A stretch of 64,000 bases of DNA from Spirochaetia bacterium. GTDB taxonomy: Bacteria > Spirochaetota > Spirochaetia > CADAEX01. The DNA lies in the NCBI GenBank assembly GCA_963662265.2, contig CAXXHA010000039.1, positions 1 through 64,000 on the forward strand, written 5' to 3'. Shown in pieces: positions 40,307-50,153 of the stretch; within the stretch, counting starts at the first letter, position 1; the number at the start of each line of letters is the position of its first letter. The notes under the pieces were generated by a model. It worked only from the letters and a program-made list of their open reading frames with translations. It had not been told where the DNA came from and searched no databases. A program made the translations under genes and the position numbers.

Positions 40307-40621
40307 ATGGATAGCAAGATTAAAGCTATTAAAAACCATGACAACGATAATGTTGTCACAATTTTCGGAAATGCCGGAAAAGGAGATACAGTCGAAATCT
40401 TTGACAAGAAAGGAAACAGAACAACCCTTGTTGTGAAAAATGATATTCCCTACGGACATAAAGCTGCGATTTCTCCTATCCAGGTAAAAGAACAGGTTAC
40501 CAAATATGGTGAGGAAATCGGTATTGCAACAGTAGAAATCACTGTAGGCGAGCATGTTCATATTCACAATATTGACAGCATCAGAGGCCGGGGCGACTGG
40601 GCTAAAGAGGGGGACAAATAA
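40307..40621 (+). CDS. UxaA/GarD/SuyA-type SAF-domain small subunit
   Basis: DNV, IPYGHKAA, KYGEEIG...GEHVHIHNI.S.RGRGD. Confidence 0.88.
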   Translation: MDSKIKAIKNHDNDNVVTIFGNAGKGDTVEIFDKKGNRTTLVVKNDIPYGHKAAISPIQVKEQVTKYGEEIGIATVEITVGEHVHIHNIDSIRGRGDWAKEGDK

Positions 40622-40623
40622 TT

Positions 40624-41784
40624 ATGAAATATATGGGATACAGAAGAGAAAACGGAAAAGTCGGTACAAGAAACCATGTTGCAGTTATTCCGGCTGTAGT
40701 ATGTGCAAATGAAGTTGTTGAAAACATTGTTTACTCAACACAGAATACACAGCCGATCCTTCATCATCAGGGATGCTGCCAGACACCGCCGGATCTTGAA
40801 AGAGTTACAGACTGTCTGATCAAGGTTGGAGAGAACCCTAATGTAGGGGCAGCGCTTATCGTGAGCCTGGGATGTGAGGGTGTTGATACTGACAAACTTG
40901 AAGAAACAATAAGAGCTACAGGAAAACCGGTAGAAAGGATAAATATTCAGGAACTTGGGGGAACAAGCGCTTCAATTCAGGCAGGGATTGATAAGGCACA
41001 GAAGCTTGCTCTCAGTATTACGGGACAGCAGAGAGAGGAAATAGATTTTTCAGAGTTTGTAATGGGTATCAAATGCGGTGCGTCTGATACAACATCAGGA
41101 ATTGCTTCAAACCCTGTTATCGGCTATGTGGCAGATAAAATTGTTGATCTGGGAGGAACAGTAATCTTCGGGGAAACAACTGAATTTATCGGTGCAGAAC
41201 ACATTCTCCAGAGAAGGGCAAAGAATGAACATGTTGCTTCTGAAATCAAAAGAATAGTTGATGAAATGGAAAACCGTGCAAAGGCAATTGGGGTAGACAT
41301 GAGAAAAGGTCAGCCTACACCGGGAAATATCGAGGGCGGCTTGAGCACTATCGAGGAAAAATCACTTGGCGCTATCGTGAAGTCAGGAACAAAAACTATT
41401 GACGGTGTAATCGGTTATACAGAAGTACCGGGAGGAAAGGGCCTCTGGATCAAGGATTCTCCGGGAAGGGAAATTGAGCTTCTTTCAGGTATGGCTGTCG
41501 GTGGTTCCCAGGTAATTCTTTTTTCAACTGGCCGGGGAGCTCCCCAGGGATTTCCTGTTGTTCCTGTTATGAAGATCTGCGGTAATCCTGTTACATATGA
41601 CCGTATGTGCAAGGATATGGATGTTAATGCGGGAAGAATTGTTAACGGTGAGAAATCAATTGAACAGGTAGGAGAGGAAACTTTCGAACTGCTTGTAAAG
41701 GTTGCTTCAGGACAGATGACAAAGGGAGAAGCAATAAAATATACAAGATCAATGGATTTTTACACATTGGGCCCTGTTATTTAA
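40624..41784 (+). CDS. UxaA/GarD/SuyB-type dehydratase/lyase large subunit
   Basis: GYRRENGKVGTRN, HHQGC, SLGCE, KCGASD..SG, GNIEGGLSTIEEKSLG, FSTGRG. Confidence 0.9.
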   Translation: MKYMGYRRENGKVGTRNHVAVIPAVVCANEVVENIVYSTQNTQPILHHQGCCQTPPDLERVTDCLIKVGENPNVGAALIVSLGCEGVDTDKLEETIRATGKPVERINIQELGGTSASIQAGIDKAQKLALSITGQQREEIDFSEFVMGIKCGASDTTSGIASNPVIGYVADKIVDLGGTVIFGETTEFIGAEHILQRRAKNEHVASEIKRIVDEMENRAKAIGVDMRKGQPTPGNIEGGLSTIEEKSLGAIVKSGTKTIDGVIGYTEVPGGKGLWIKDSPGREIELLSGMAVGGSQVILFSTGRGAPQGFPVVPVMKICGNPVTYDRMCKDMDVNAGRIVNGEKSIEQVGEETFELLVKVASGQMTKGEAIKYTRSMDFYTLGPVI

Positions 41785-41828
41785 ATATCTGTAAAGATAT
41801 ATAATATACAAAACATGGAGGAAATTTT

Positions 41829-43205
41829 ATGACTGACGTGAATGTTGTACGGATTATTATCGGTCTGGCGATTGCTATTGTTGCCATACTGATAATGGTT
41901 ACCCGTACAAAAATACATGTTTTCCCTGCTATGATTATCAGCAGTATAATAGCAGGTTTAATTGGAGGATTGCCGGCTGCTTCAGTAATAAATGCTGTTA
42001 AGCAGGGATTTGGAGGCACTGTAGGCGGTATCGGAATTATAATCGGTTTCGGTGTAATGATGGGCGCAATATTTGAAGTCAGCGGAGCGGCCAAAAGGAT
42101 GGCTCTTACCTTTATTAAACTGATGGGTAAGGGTAAGGAAGAAATTGCAATGCTGATCACAGGATTTATTGTATCAATTCCTGTATTTTGTGACTCTGCT
42201 TTTGTAGTACTTTCACCTCTTGCAAAGTCTCTTTCCCGTAATACAGGTAAAAACCTTTTGACATTAAGCTGTGCTCTTGGTACTGCACTTCTTGTAACTC
42301 ATTCCCTTGTTCCTCCCACACCAGGTCCTGTAGCGATAACAAATTATTTCAAACTGGATCTCGGTATATTCATGATTTACAGTCTCATAGCTGCTGTTCC
42401 AATAACTATTGCAGGTCTTCTTTATTCGAAATGGCTCAGTAAAAAAGTATTCAAGCTGCCTGCTCCTGAAAACCATGATGAACTGATTGACAGACCATAT
42501 ACAGAAGAGGAACTTGCTTCAACTGTAAATATTCATGATGAAAAACTTCCGGGCACATTCATGTCTTTTGCTCCTATTTTTATCCCGATAGCTCTTATTC
42601 TCCTGAGCACAGCTACATCATTACTGGATGTTAACGGTGCGACAAAAACAGTAATTAAAACACTTGGACATCCTATTGTTGCAGTGGGAATCGGTCTTTT
42701 AATTGCAATTTACGGTCTTGCAGGAAAAATTGAGAGAAAGGAAGTTGTAAATATACTTGATGATTCAATAAAGCATGCAGGTATAATAATATTTGTAACT
42801 GGTGCAGGCGGGGCCCTTGGAATGGTTCTCAAAAGCAGCGGAGCCGGAAAAGTGATTGCAGACTGGCTTACAACAACAAATATACCGGGAATTGTACTGC
42901 CTCTCATCATGGCATACCTGTTAAGAATTATCACAGGTTCTGCAACTGTTGGTATGCTTACAGCGGGATCAATTGCAGCTCCAATTCTTCTTACAATGCC
43001 TGAAATTAATCCTTACATGGCTGGTCTTGCCTGCTGTATCGGATCTCTCGGTATAACAAACTTCCATGACAGTTATTTCTGGGTTGTCAACAGAACAACA
43101 GGGGTGACAGATGTGAAGGAAATGATGTGGCACTGGTTCGGCGCTGTTCTGACTATTTCTACAACAGGTATTGTTGTACTTTTTATTATGGATCTGATTG
43201 TTTAA
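41829..43205 (+). CDS. GntP-family (gluconate/sugar-acid:H+) permease
   Basis: GFGGT, SIPVFCDSAFV, HSLVPPTPGP, GSATV, HDSYFWVV. Confidence 0.93.
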   Translation: MTDVNVVRIIIGLAIAIVAILIMVTRTKIHVFPAMIISSIIAGLIGGLPAASVINAVKQGFGGTVGGIGIIIGFGVMMGAIFEVSGAAKRMALTFIKLMGKGKEEIAMLITGFIVSIPVFCDSAFVVLSPLAKSLSRNTGKNLLTLSCALGTALLVTHSLVPPTPGPVAITNYFKLDLGIFMIYSLIAAVPITIAGLLYSKWLSKKVFKLPAPENHDELIDRPYTEEELASTVNIHDEKLPGTFMSFAPIFIPIALILLSTATSLLDVNGATKTVIKTLGHPIVAVGIGLLIAIYGLAGKIERKEVVNILDDSIKHAGIIIFVTGAGGALGMVLKSSGAGKVIADWLTTTNIPGIVLPLIMAYLLRIITGSATVGMLTAGSIAAPILLTMPEINPYMAGLACCIGSLGITNFHDSYFWVVNRTTGVTDVKEMMWHWFGAVLTISTTGIVVLFIMDLIV

Positions 43206-43235
43206 GATCACCGATAAAATATTTCAAACAAAAAT

Positions 43236-43271
43236 AAAAAAGCACCCTGTCATGCCGGCAGGGTGCTTTTT
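43236..43271. terminator. Bidirectional intrinsic terminator
   Basis: aaaaagcaccctgtc-atgcc-ggcagggtgcttttt between convergent genes. Confidence 0.85.
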
Positions 43272-43337
43272 ATACCCATTATCCTGCTGTGTGAGAAAAA
43301 ATATCTTTTTTTACCTGTCTTTATATCTTTAACAGGT

Positions 43338-43580
43338 TCAGGCAATAATTTTCAGTGCAATATAAGGGATAAGGTTGAAAAATAAAATAGCAACCTTGTA
43401 GAAAAGCATGCAGTTGTAGAATATAAGGTTGAACTTTTCCTCGGGAATATCATACCATTTTCCGTGAAGCCTTATTATGAAATTTTTCATGGTAGATATA
43501 ATGAGAAAACTTATTAAAAACATCGCAAAATTGATTATTGTGCACCAGAGAAAAAAATCCTGGAGAAGTTCTAATGACAT
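43338..43580 (-). CDS. Small membrane protein (DUF6868-like)
   Basis: FFLWCTIIN, LHGKWY.I..E.F, YK..ILFFNLIPYIAL; SD aaggag. Confidence 0.72.
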   Translation of the reverse strand: MSLELLQDFFLWCTIINFAMFLISFLIISTMKNFIIRLHGKWYDIPEEKFNLIFYNCMLFYKVAILFFNLIPYIALKIIA

Positions 43581-43743
43581 GGCAATCTCCTTTATATTTA
43601 AATTTCAGGAATAATCTGATCATACATATTAATTATAGTGCAGCTGCGGCATAAAAAAATCTCGACAGGTGAAATTTATTTTAATATAATTGTATTACTT
43701 TAAAAATGTACTTACAGGTAAAATAATTAAAAAGGATTAAGAT

Positions 43744-44817
43744 ATGAAAAGTAAAATTAATTCTTTTATCATCTTACTTGCTATCCTGCCAATTATTTAT
43801 ATTTCATGCGTAACCAAACCCGATACAGTATCAGACAATCAATCAGTTGATAACGATGCAGCAAATATTGATGCAGTAATAGAAAAACCTCTATTAAATG
43901 TTAATTATGATTCTGAAGTAAATATTCTTTTCCATAGCGGCTGGAAAGTTTCGGCACCTCCCGAATGTACATTCATGTCACCTCTTTCTGTGAACAGAGA
44001 AAATGAGCTTTTACATGTAAACTCCGGGGATGATACACTCTTAAGCCTTTACAAATATGATATTGATTTTGTCCCTGATCATAATCTTCTTGTGAATTAT
44101 ATAGATACTGAACTCAGCAGTAATAATGAAGTTGCAGATAAGGGCCTTTTTGATCTGTCCGGGAATTCCGAAATCAGGAAAAAAGGGAATTACTGGTCTT
44201 ATGAAGGTAGATCGGTAATTATCGAAAAAACCGGTCAGAGTTATTTTGAATGGCGTCTTAAAAATGCTGTAAACAGCAGAAGTGCTGAAAGCCTGATAAC
44301 TGAAAGGATTATCAGGGAAGCTGATCTTATAGATGACAATGTTTCCGGCCGTCTAAGAAGTAATGGTTTTTCATTTATTTCCCACAGCAGTCCCTGGAGG
44401 TGGAGAGGAGATATTGCTGACGGCTTTCTTCTCGAGTGCCTAGTCCCTGAAAAATCACCCGGCCTGCTTGCAGTTTTCCTGAGCAACAACAAGTTTAATG
44501 AGAATACTTCATGGTTTACAGAAATTTCAGCATCTCCTGAAAAAACATTTCCAGTGGAATTTTCTCTTAATGGCGAGAATATTATCAGTAATGTTTTAGT
44601 CAATGATGTAACTGATAATTTCGGTAGGAAACATTATACAAGGCTTATTATACCGGTAGAAGAAGATCATCTTCATGACAGGATTTCTATCATAATATAT
44701 CACGAAGTAATTGATGGTTATCAGATTGATCCAGTTGAAATATTTAATAGTGATCAGCTGCAGAAACTTCTGAAATTCTGTGTAACTCTTCCGGTCAATG
44801 CGGAGGAAGCATTATGA
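43744..44817 (+). CDS. Hypothetical lipoprotein
   Basis: Signal peptide ending IYIS-C followed by a low-complexity tether; no recognisable domain. Confidence 0.7.
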   Translation: MKSKINSFIILLAILPIIYISCVTKPDTVSDNQSVDNDAANIDAVIEKPLLNVNYDSEVNILFHSGWKVSAPPECTFMSPLSVNRENELLHVNSGDDTLLSLYKYDIDFVPDHNLLVNYIDTELSSNNEVADKGLFDLSGNSEIRKKGNYWSYEGRSVIIEKTGQSYFEWRLKNAVNSRSAESLITERIIREADLIDDNVSGRLRSNGFSFISHSSPWRWRGDIADGFLLECLVPEKSPGLLAVFLSNNKFNENTSWFTEISASPEKTFPVEFSLNGENIISNVLVNDVTDNFGRKHYTRLIIPVEEDHLHDRISIIIYHEVIDGYQIDPVEIFNSDQLQKLLKFCVTLPVNAEEAL

Positions 44818-46403
44818 AAAAAAACATGAAGAAAGCTTTCATGACAATACTTTTTTTATTTGTCTTATTCTGCAGCAGTTTTGCAGATGGGAAAAGAAAA
44901 GTTGCTGTCTATCCGCTTTTAAATCCAACTGGGGAAAGCTGGATTAATAATCTTGGCAAATCTGTTACTGATACTGTAACACTCTCCCTTGCAATGATGG
45001 GGAATTTTAATATTGAAACACCTGGAATCCTGCCTTCAGATTTTGAAGAGAAAAAACTTGCTGATATTGCAGAGAAAAACGGTTTTGATAATATTGTTTT
45101 CGGAAGCTGTTCTGCAAATGACGGTATTTACAGGGTGGGGATTTCCATATTTGATTTAAGCAGAAACGTGATAACTGATACAGCTGAGGAGGAATTTTAT
45201 TCACTTCTTGATTCTTTTGATGCTGCAGATAATCTTGTAAATGTTCTTATGGAAAACCTGAGTGGGGAAAAAGTATATTTCGGATCACTTTCTGTAAAAC
45301 CAGACAGGGATGAACCTTACAGGACTGAAGTTAACGGTGTTGATGTCGGTTTAGGATTTACAGGTTCCGAAAAAATTATCACCGGAAAACATGAATTTGA
45401 TTTTTACCAGAATAGGGGAATGGGGGATGAACTTATTGATAGCATAGAAATTGAAGTCATGATGAGAAAGCAGGCTGTGATAAAACCTTCAATCCCGTGG
45501 CTTACCGAGAGGGAGGCTTTAGAAAATTCAAGAATCAGATCAGGTCTTATCAGGAATTATTTTAAAAAGGAAAACACCGAAAACGTCAATTCATTGTTTA
45601 CAGAAGCTTTTGATTTTTCAGAAAATTCATATTTATTGAAATATAGAAAAGGGATAAGGAGTTTTTATTCTGAACTGAAGAAAGAATATTTCACCCCTTT
45701 AAATCTGTATAAAAAATACAAGAAATCTATTGAAAACAGTAATGTCCGTATAATAGATAAAATATTTGTAAAGGATATACATAGGCGTTCGGATATTGTT
45801 TACGGTACAGATGTTGCAACCAAACTGTCATTAATAAATACAAAAGCGAGGACATATTCTTCATTTGTATGTGATTATGATGCAGATATTACTGTTGATG
45901 GAAAAGCTGATGACTGGGAGAAGATAAAGTCTGTCTTTAATGATCTGGATAATGATTCAAAAGTAAAAAACAAATCTAATTTGAGTGGATTTGATATTGC
46001 AAGAGCAGGAATTGCAATTGACAGCCGATATCTCTACTGCATGATTGAAACTGCAGGGAAGAAATACAGAAGAGACTGCAGTTATGAAATTATTATGGGG
46101 CTCAAAGATGTTATTCAGATCCTGTATTTTCCGGGAGGTGGTAATGCAGAAGCAATATTTGTTCCTGAACGTAAATGGAAAAATTCAAAAGAGATTTATA
46201 TTTCTCTTGAAAAGGCAGTCGATGAGATAATTGAAATTGCAATACCGTTAACTGAAGTGGAAAAATATTTTGATACAGAAAGCTATACAGTTGATTTTGA
46301 ATATAATGTAAAAGATAAGAGTTCAGGAAAAAATATTGATTATTATAATTTAAAAGTGAATATACCTACTATTTATTATAAGCTTACAGGTGAGGGGAAA
46401 TAA
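44814..46403 (+). CDS. Secreted multidomain protein (TolB-N/CsgG-like N-terminus, possible CBM9/DOMON-like C-terminus)
   Basis: Signal peptide to SFA-D; KVAVYPLLN...LGKSVTDT; ITVDGKADDW...DI......D..YLY...EIAIP. ATGA overlap with the upstream gene. Confidence 0.62.
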   Translation: MKKNMKKAFMTILFLFVLFCSSFADGKRKVAVYPLLNPTGESWINNLGKSVTDTVTLSLAMMGNFNIETPGILPSDFEEKKLADIAEKNGFDNIVFGSCSANDGIYRVGISIFDLSRNVITDTAEEEFYSLLDSFDAADNLVNVLMENLSGEKVYFGSLSVKPDRDEPYRTEVNGVDVGLGFTGSEKIITGKHEFDFYQNRGMGDELIDSIEIEVMMRKQAVIKPSIPWLTEREALENSRIRSGLIRNYFKKENTENVNSLFTEAFDFSENSYLLKYRKGIRSFYSELKKEYFTPLNLYKKYKKSIENSNVRIIDKIFVKDIHRRSDIVYGTDVATKLSLINTKARTYSSFVCDYDADITVDGKADDWEKIKSVFNDLDNDSKVKNKSNLSGFDIARAGIAIDSRYLYCMIETAGKKYRRDCSYEIIMGLKDVIQILYFPGGGNAEAIFVPERKWKNSKEIYISLEKAVDEIIEIAIPLTEVEKYFDTESYTVDFEYNVKDKSSGKNIDYYNLKVNIPTIYYKLTGEGK

Positions 46404-46579
46404 TTTTATGTAATTTATATTTATCCATGAACAGTTCTCGATGTTCAATATAACTTGTACTCAATATCTGTTACGCTTATATACCGGGGACTGTATTTCA
46501 GCCCCCGATATTTTTTACCGAACGTGTATCTTCCGGAAAAAAATCTTTAAAAGCACAGTAGTTCAGGTATTTTCTCCAT

Positions 46580-47986
46580 CTAACAGATGGAGAGAATCTC
46601 ATCAATCTTATTTCCGTCCCTGTAGATTACTTCCGCCACAACTTTTCCCCCTGTTTTTTCTCTTACGCGGGGATTACCTGTTATTTCAACAGCTTTCTTC
46701 ATAAGCTCATTTATAGAAACAATATCAAGACCGTAATTATTCAGATTTTTTTCAAGTTCCGGCTTTAACGGGTTAACTGCAATTCCCCTTTCTGTGACAA
46801 TAACATCGACAGTTTTTCCAGGCGTCGTGACAGTTGTTACTTTATCAACAACAATAGGAAGCCTTCCCCGCTGCAGAGGCGCGACAATAATGCTTAAAGA
46901 CGAACCTGCAGCAGCATCGCAGTGGCCTCCTGAGCCTCCGATAATCAACCCGTTTGAATCTGTGTGCACATTGACATTGAAGTCCCTGTCAACTTCTGTC
47001 GCGCCCAGTATTACTGCGTCGAGCGAATCTACAACGCAGCTTTTCGATGACGGGTTTGCATAGCGTGATGCTGAAATTTCCTGGTGAAAAGGGTTTGATC
47101 CTATTGATTCAACAGCCTCAAGGTCAAAGCACTGCACATCGAGAATTGACCTGAATAGTCCCTCTCTGACAAAATCGACAAAGTATTTTGTTATACCACC
47201 CAGGCAGAAGCTTCCCTGTATGCTGTTTTTTATCATCAGGTTGCGAAGGCAGTCGGCAGCTGCAAGCGATGCGCCTCCCGCCCCTGTCTGGAATGAAAAT
47301 CCCTCTCTCATAATACCTGATGCCGCAATAGCTTTTGCAGCATTATCTGCTATTTTAAGCCCCACAGGGTCTCTTGTAATCTGTGTGGTTCCCGAGACTA
47401 TTTTTGATGAATCCCCGATTGAATCAACCACAACCACATAGTCAATATCTTTCTCATTTATTGAGACAGGTGTGTTGGGGTAATCTACAAGGTTGTCTGT
47501 AATGACAACTGTTTTATGTGCATTCTCAGCATCGGGAAAAGCATAACCGAGTGACCCGCACCGGGAAGGTCCTATTACACCGTTTATATTTCCCATGCAG
47601 TCGGAGGAGGGGGCAGCAATAAAGGCAATATCTATTTCAAGTTCTCCCTTTTCTATCGCATTCGGCCTTCCCCCGTGGCTTCTGAATATGACAGGTTTTT
47701 CCATTCCCCCGTGGCTGATGAATTCCCCGAGCGGTCCTGTCATGTAGTTTGTATCTATTCCTGTCACAGTCCTGTTTTTTATATGTTTTATCAGGTTGTC
47801 ATGTACAGGAAAGAGTGAGCTCATTGCTATGTTAAGATTCTTAAATCCCTCTTCAGCTGCCTTGTCAGTTACAATATTAAGGACATAGTCCCCGTTTCTC
47901 AGGTGGTGGTGAAATGAAATAGTCATCCCGTCTTTCATGCCGCACAGTTTGAATACTTCTTTAAGTGATTTTACAACCTTGCTCAT
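46580..47986 (-). CDS. citF: Citrate lyase alpha subunit (citrate CoA-transferase)
   Basis: GMTISFHHHLRNGD, RSHGGR, CGSLGY, FQTGAGGASLA, GGSGGH.D. Confidence 0.96.
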   Translation of the reverse strand: MSKVVKSLKEVFKLCGMKDGMTISFHHHLRNGDYVLNIVTDKAAEEGFKNLNIAMSSLFPVHDNLIKHIKNRTVTGIDTNYMTGPLGEFISHGGMEKPVIFRSHGGRPNAIEKGELEIDIAFIAAPSSDCMGNINGVIGPSRCGSLGYAFPDAENAHKTVVITDNLVDYPNTPVSINEKDIDYVVVVDSIGDSSKIVSGTTQITRDPVGLKIADNAAKAIAASGIMREGFSFQTGAGGASLAAADCLRNLMIKNSIQGSFCLGGITKYFVDFVREGLFRSILDVQCFDLEAVESIGSNPFHQEISASRYANPSSKSCVVDSLDAVILGATEVDRDFNVNVHTDSNGLIIGGSGGHCDAAAGSSLSIIVAPLQRGRLPIVVDKVTTVTTPGKTVDVIVTERGIAVNPLKPELEKNLNNYGLDIVSINELMKKAVEITGNPRVREKTGGKVVAEVIYRDGNKIDEILSIC

Positions 47987-47987
47987 T

Positions 47988-48848
47988 TCAGTTTTTCCCC
48001 CCTGCAAGCTGAATTATTCTTTTTGCCCTGTTTACAACAGGAGCATCAATCATTTCCCCGTTAAGAGACACTGCCCCTTTTCCAAGCCTTTCCCCTTCTG
48101 CAATTGCCTCAAGCACCTCTTTAGCATATTCAATTTCCTCTTCAGAGGGGAGGAATGTGCTGTTTACTGTCTCTATGTGCCTGGGGGATATCACAGCCTT
48201 GCCTGAAAACCCCAGGTCTTTTGCATAGAGGGTGTCTTTTTCAAGCGCCTCAATATCGTTTGTATCTGTAAACGGTGTATCAATTGCGTCAACCGAGGAT
48301 GCTTTTGCAGCTATAACAACCCTTGACCTTGAGTAGAAAATTTCATCACCTTTTTTAGTTCTTCTTGCGTTTATGTCTGCTGTAAGGTCCTCCGCCCCGA
48401 GGAAGAGTGCATCAACTCTCTTGTCAGATGATGCAATCTGAAAGCTGTTTTCAATTCCAAGGGCTGATTCAAGTATCGGGATAATATTTATCCTGTTTTC
48501 TATGCTGTAATTCTTTTCCATTTCATCGAGTGCTGATGAGAGCGTTTTAATATCTTCAGCAGATTCAGCCTTAGGAAGCACTATACTGTCCAGGCGGTAT
48601 TTGAGTATCTCGTTAAGATCATCCCTCCAGAAAGGGGATGATATGCTGTTTATCCTAACGCAGATTTCATAGCCTGAGAAATCAAAAGCAGAAAGTGTGT
48701 TTCTCACAAGTATTCTTGCGGCATCTTTCTGTTTTTCCGAAACAGCATCCTCAAGGTCGAAGATTATGCTGTCGCTTCCGAATACAGCTGCATTCATAAG
48801 CATGGAAGGGCTGTTGCCCGGAATAAAAAGCATGCTCCGTCTAATCAT
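47988..48848 (-). CDS. citE: Citrate lyase beta subunit (citryl-ACP lyase)
   Basis: RRSMLFIPGN, FDLEDAV...KDAARILV, LGAED, GK..ISPR, MIDAPV. Confidence 0.96.
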   Translation of the reverse strand: MIRRSMLFIPGNSPSMLMNAAVFGSDSIIFDLEDAVSEKQKDAARILVRNTLSAFDFSGYEICVRINSISSPFWRDDLNEILKYRLDSIVLPKAESAEDIKTLSSALDEMEKNYSIENRINIIPILESALGIENSFQIASSDKRVDALFLGAEDLTADINARRTKKGDEIFYSRSRVVIAAKASSVDAIDTPFTDTNDIEALEKDTLYAKDLGFSGKAVISPRHIETVNSTFLPSEEEIEYAKEVLEAIAEGERLGKGAVSLNGEMIDAPVVNRAKRIIQLAGGKN

Positions 48849-49116
48849 CTTCGTTTCCTCCCGACCTCAGGAGTGCTGTTTCAACCCTGGCTTTTATTGT
48901 ACATTCTAAAGCTCCCCTGTCTTTTACAGATATTCTTCCCGATGCAACACCAAGGTCAGTACATACTTCCATTACTGATTTCCTTATATCGTCCCCGAAC
49001 TGCTGCATCACAATGCTTTCAATGAATATTTCCAGTTCACCGCTTCCCGGTTCCGCTGTTACCATTGTGTCACTCGATTCAAGTGTTCCTGCTGTTTCTC
49101 TTTTCTGAAGTACCAC
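48841..49116 (-). CDS. citD: Citrate lyase acyl carrier protein (gamma subunit)
   Basis: AGTLESSD (prosthetic-group Ser), QFG, DRGALECTIKAR; SD aggagg. Confidence 0.96.
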   Translation of the reverse strand: MVLQKRETAGTLESSDTMVTAEPGSGELEIFIESIVMQQFGDDIRKSVMEVCTDLGVASGRISVKDRGALECTIKARVETALLRSGGNEDD

Positions 49117-49126
49117 TTCTTTCCTC

Positions 49127-50146
49127 CTAATGGCGAGAACTGCTGTTTTTTATTTTGTCAATTATTTCCCCTGCTTCACATGAAATAAGAAAGCTGTATG
49201 TGGACGGGGGGAGATATTTTTCTGTTTCCTCAATCTTACCTTCCCTTATCAGTGACCTGACTTTTGATGCGCTTATTATCTCATTTCCTGTCTTAATCCT
49301 TTCTATTTCAACAGCTTCAATTCCTGCTTCGGGAAGGAGGGATTTTATATACCTGTTGTAAATTGAAGTTACAGGACAGTAGGGTTCCTCACCGATAAAT
49401 CTTTTTTTTATATTAAGAGCTTTGGCTGTATGGTTTATGAAAATATCAAGGTCAAGGGATGCGAAAATATCAGTATGCCGGTCTTCCTTTACAAAGTATG
49501 AGGGGAAGGTTGCAGATGATATTGTGTAGCTTCCTCCCGGCAGCACAGTTATATTGTTAAGGTGTTCTGTCCCTTTTCTGACAAGCTCAATTCTTTTTTC
49601 AAAGGGGAACAGGGACCTGTCTTCCTGGACAATGATGATAAAAAGATGTTCTGATTCAGATGCTGCTTTTTCAATGAGATACAGGTGTCCTTTTGTAAAC
49701 GGGTTACAGTTCATTACTATGCAGCTGTTATTGCCTTTTAGACCTGATGAAAGCTTTTCAAGACCTTCTGTGAATCTCTTTATCCCGTTTCTGTCATATT
49801 CAAGAAGAGCTGCCTGTCCCCTGACACTTCCCACAGTATTAAATCCCAGATCCTCGAATTTGTCTTTTTCGGAAAACTTTGTGAAAATGAAGAAATTATC
49901 AAATCCCTTTTCAAGACATACTGATGCAAGGTGGGTGATAATTTTTGCTGTTATGTTTTCTCCCCTGTAGTCCTCATGTACAGCAATCCCTTTCAGTATA
50001 TTCCCGCTTACAGATCCTGTTCCTATGAGAAGGCTGCCGTGAAAAAAACCTGCTGTATAATCAATATCCCCCGGTACTGACAGCCCGGAGGATAATAAAA
50101 GAGATTTTGCTTTTTCTGATGTTATCTTTTTCTCTTTTATAAGCAT
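49127..50146 (-). CDS. citC: [Citrate (pro-3S)-lyase] ligase
   Basis: IVMNCNPFTKGHLYL, Y.ISSATFPSYF, RFIGEEP, ISASKVR. Start uncertain (50146 or 50170). Confidence 0.95.
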   Translation of the reverse strand: MLIKEKKITSEKAKSLLLSSGLSVPGDIDYTAGFFHGSLLIGTGSVSGNILKGIAVHEDYRGENITAKIITHLASVCLEKGFDNFFIFTKFSEKDKFEDLGFNTVGSVRGQAALLEYDRNGIKRFTEGLEKLSSGLKGNNSCIVMNCNPFTKGHLYLIEKAASESEHLFIIIVQEDRSLFPFEKRIELVRKGTEHLNNITVLPGGSYTISSATFPSYFVKEDRHTDIFASLDLDIFINHTAKALNIKKRFIGEEPYCPVTSIYNRYIKSLLPEAGIEAVEIERIKTGNEIISASKVRSLIREGKIEETEKYLPPSTYSFLISCEAGEIIDKIKNSSSRH

Positions 50147-50153
50147 TTCTGTA

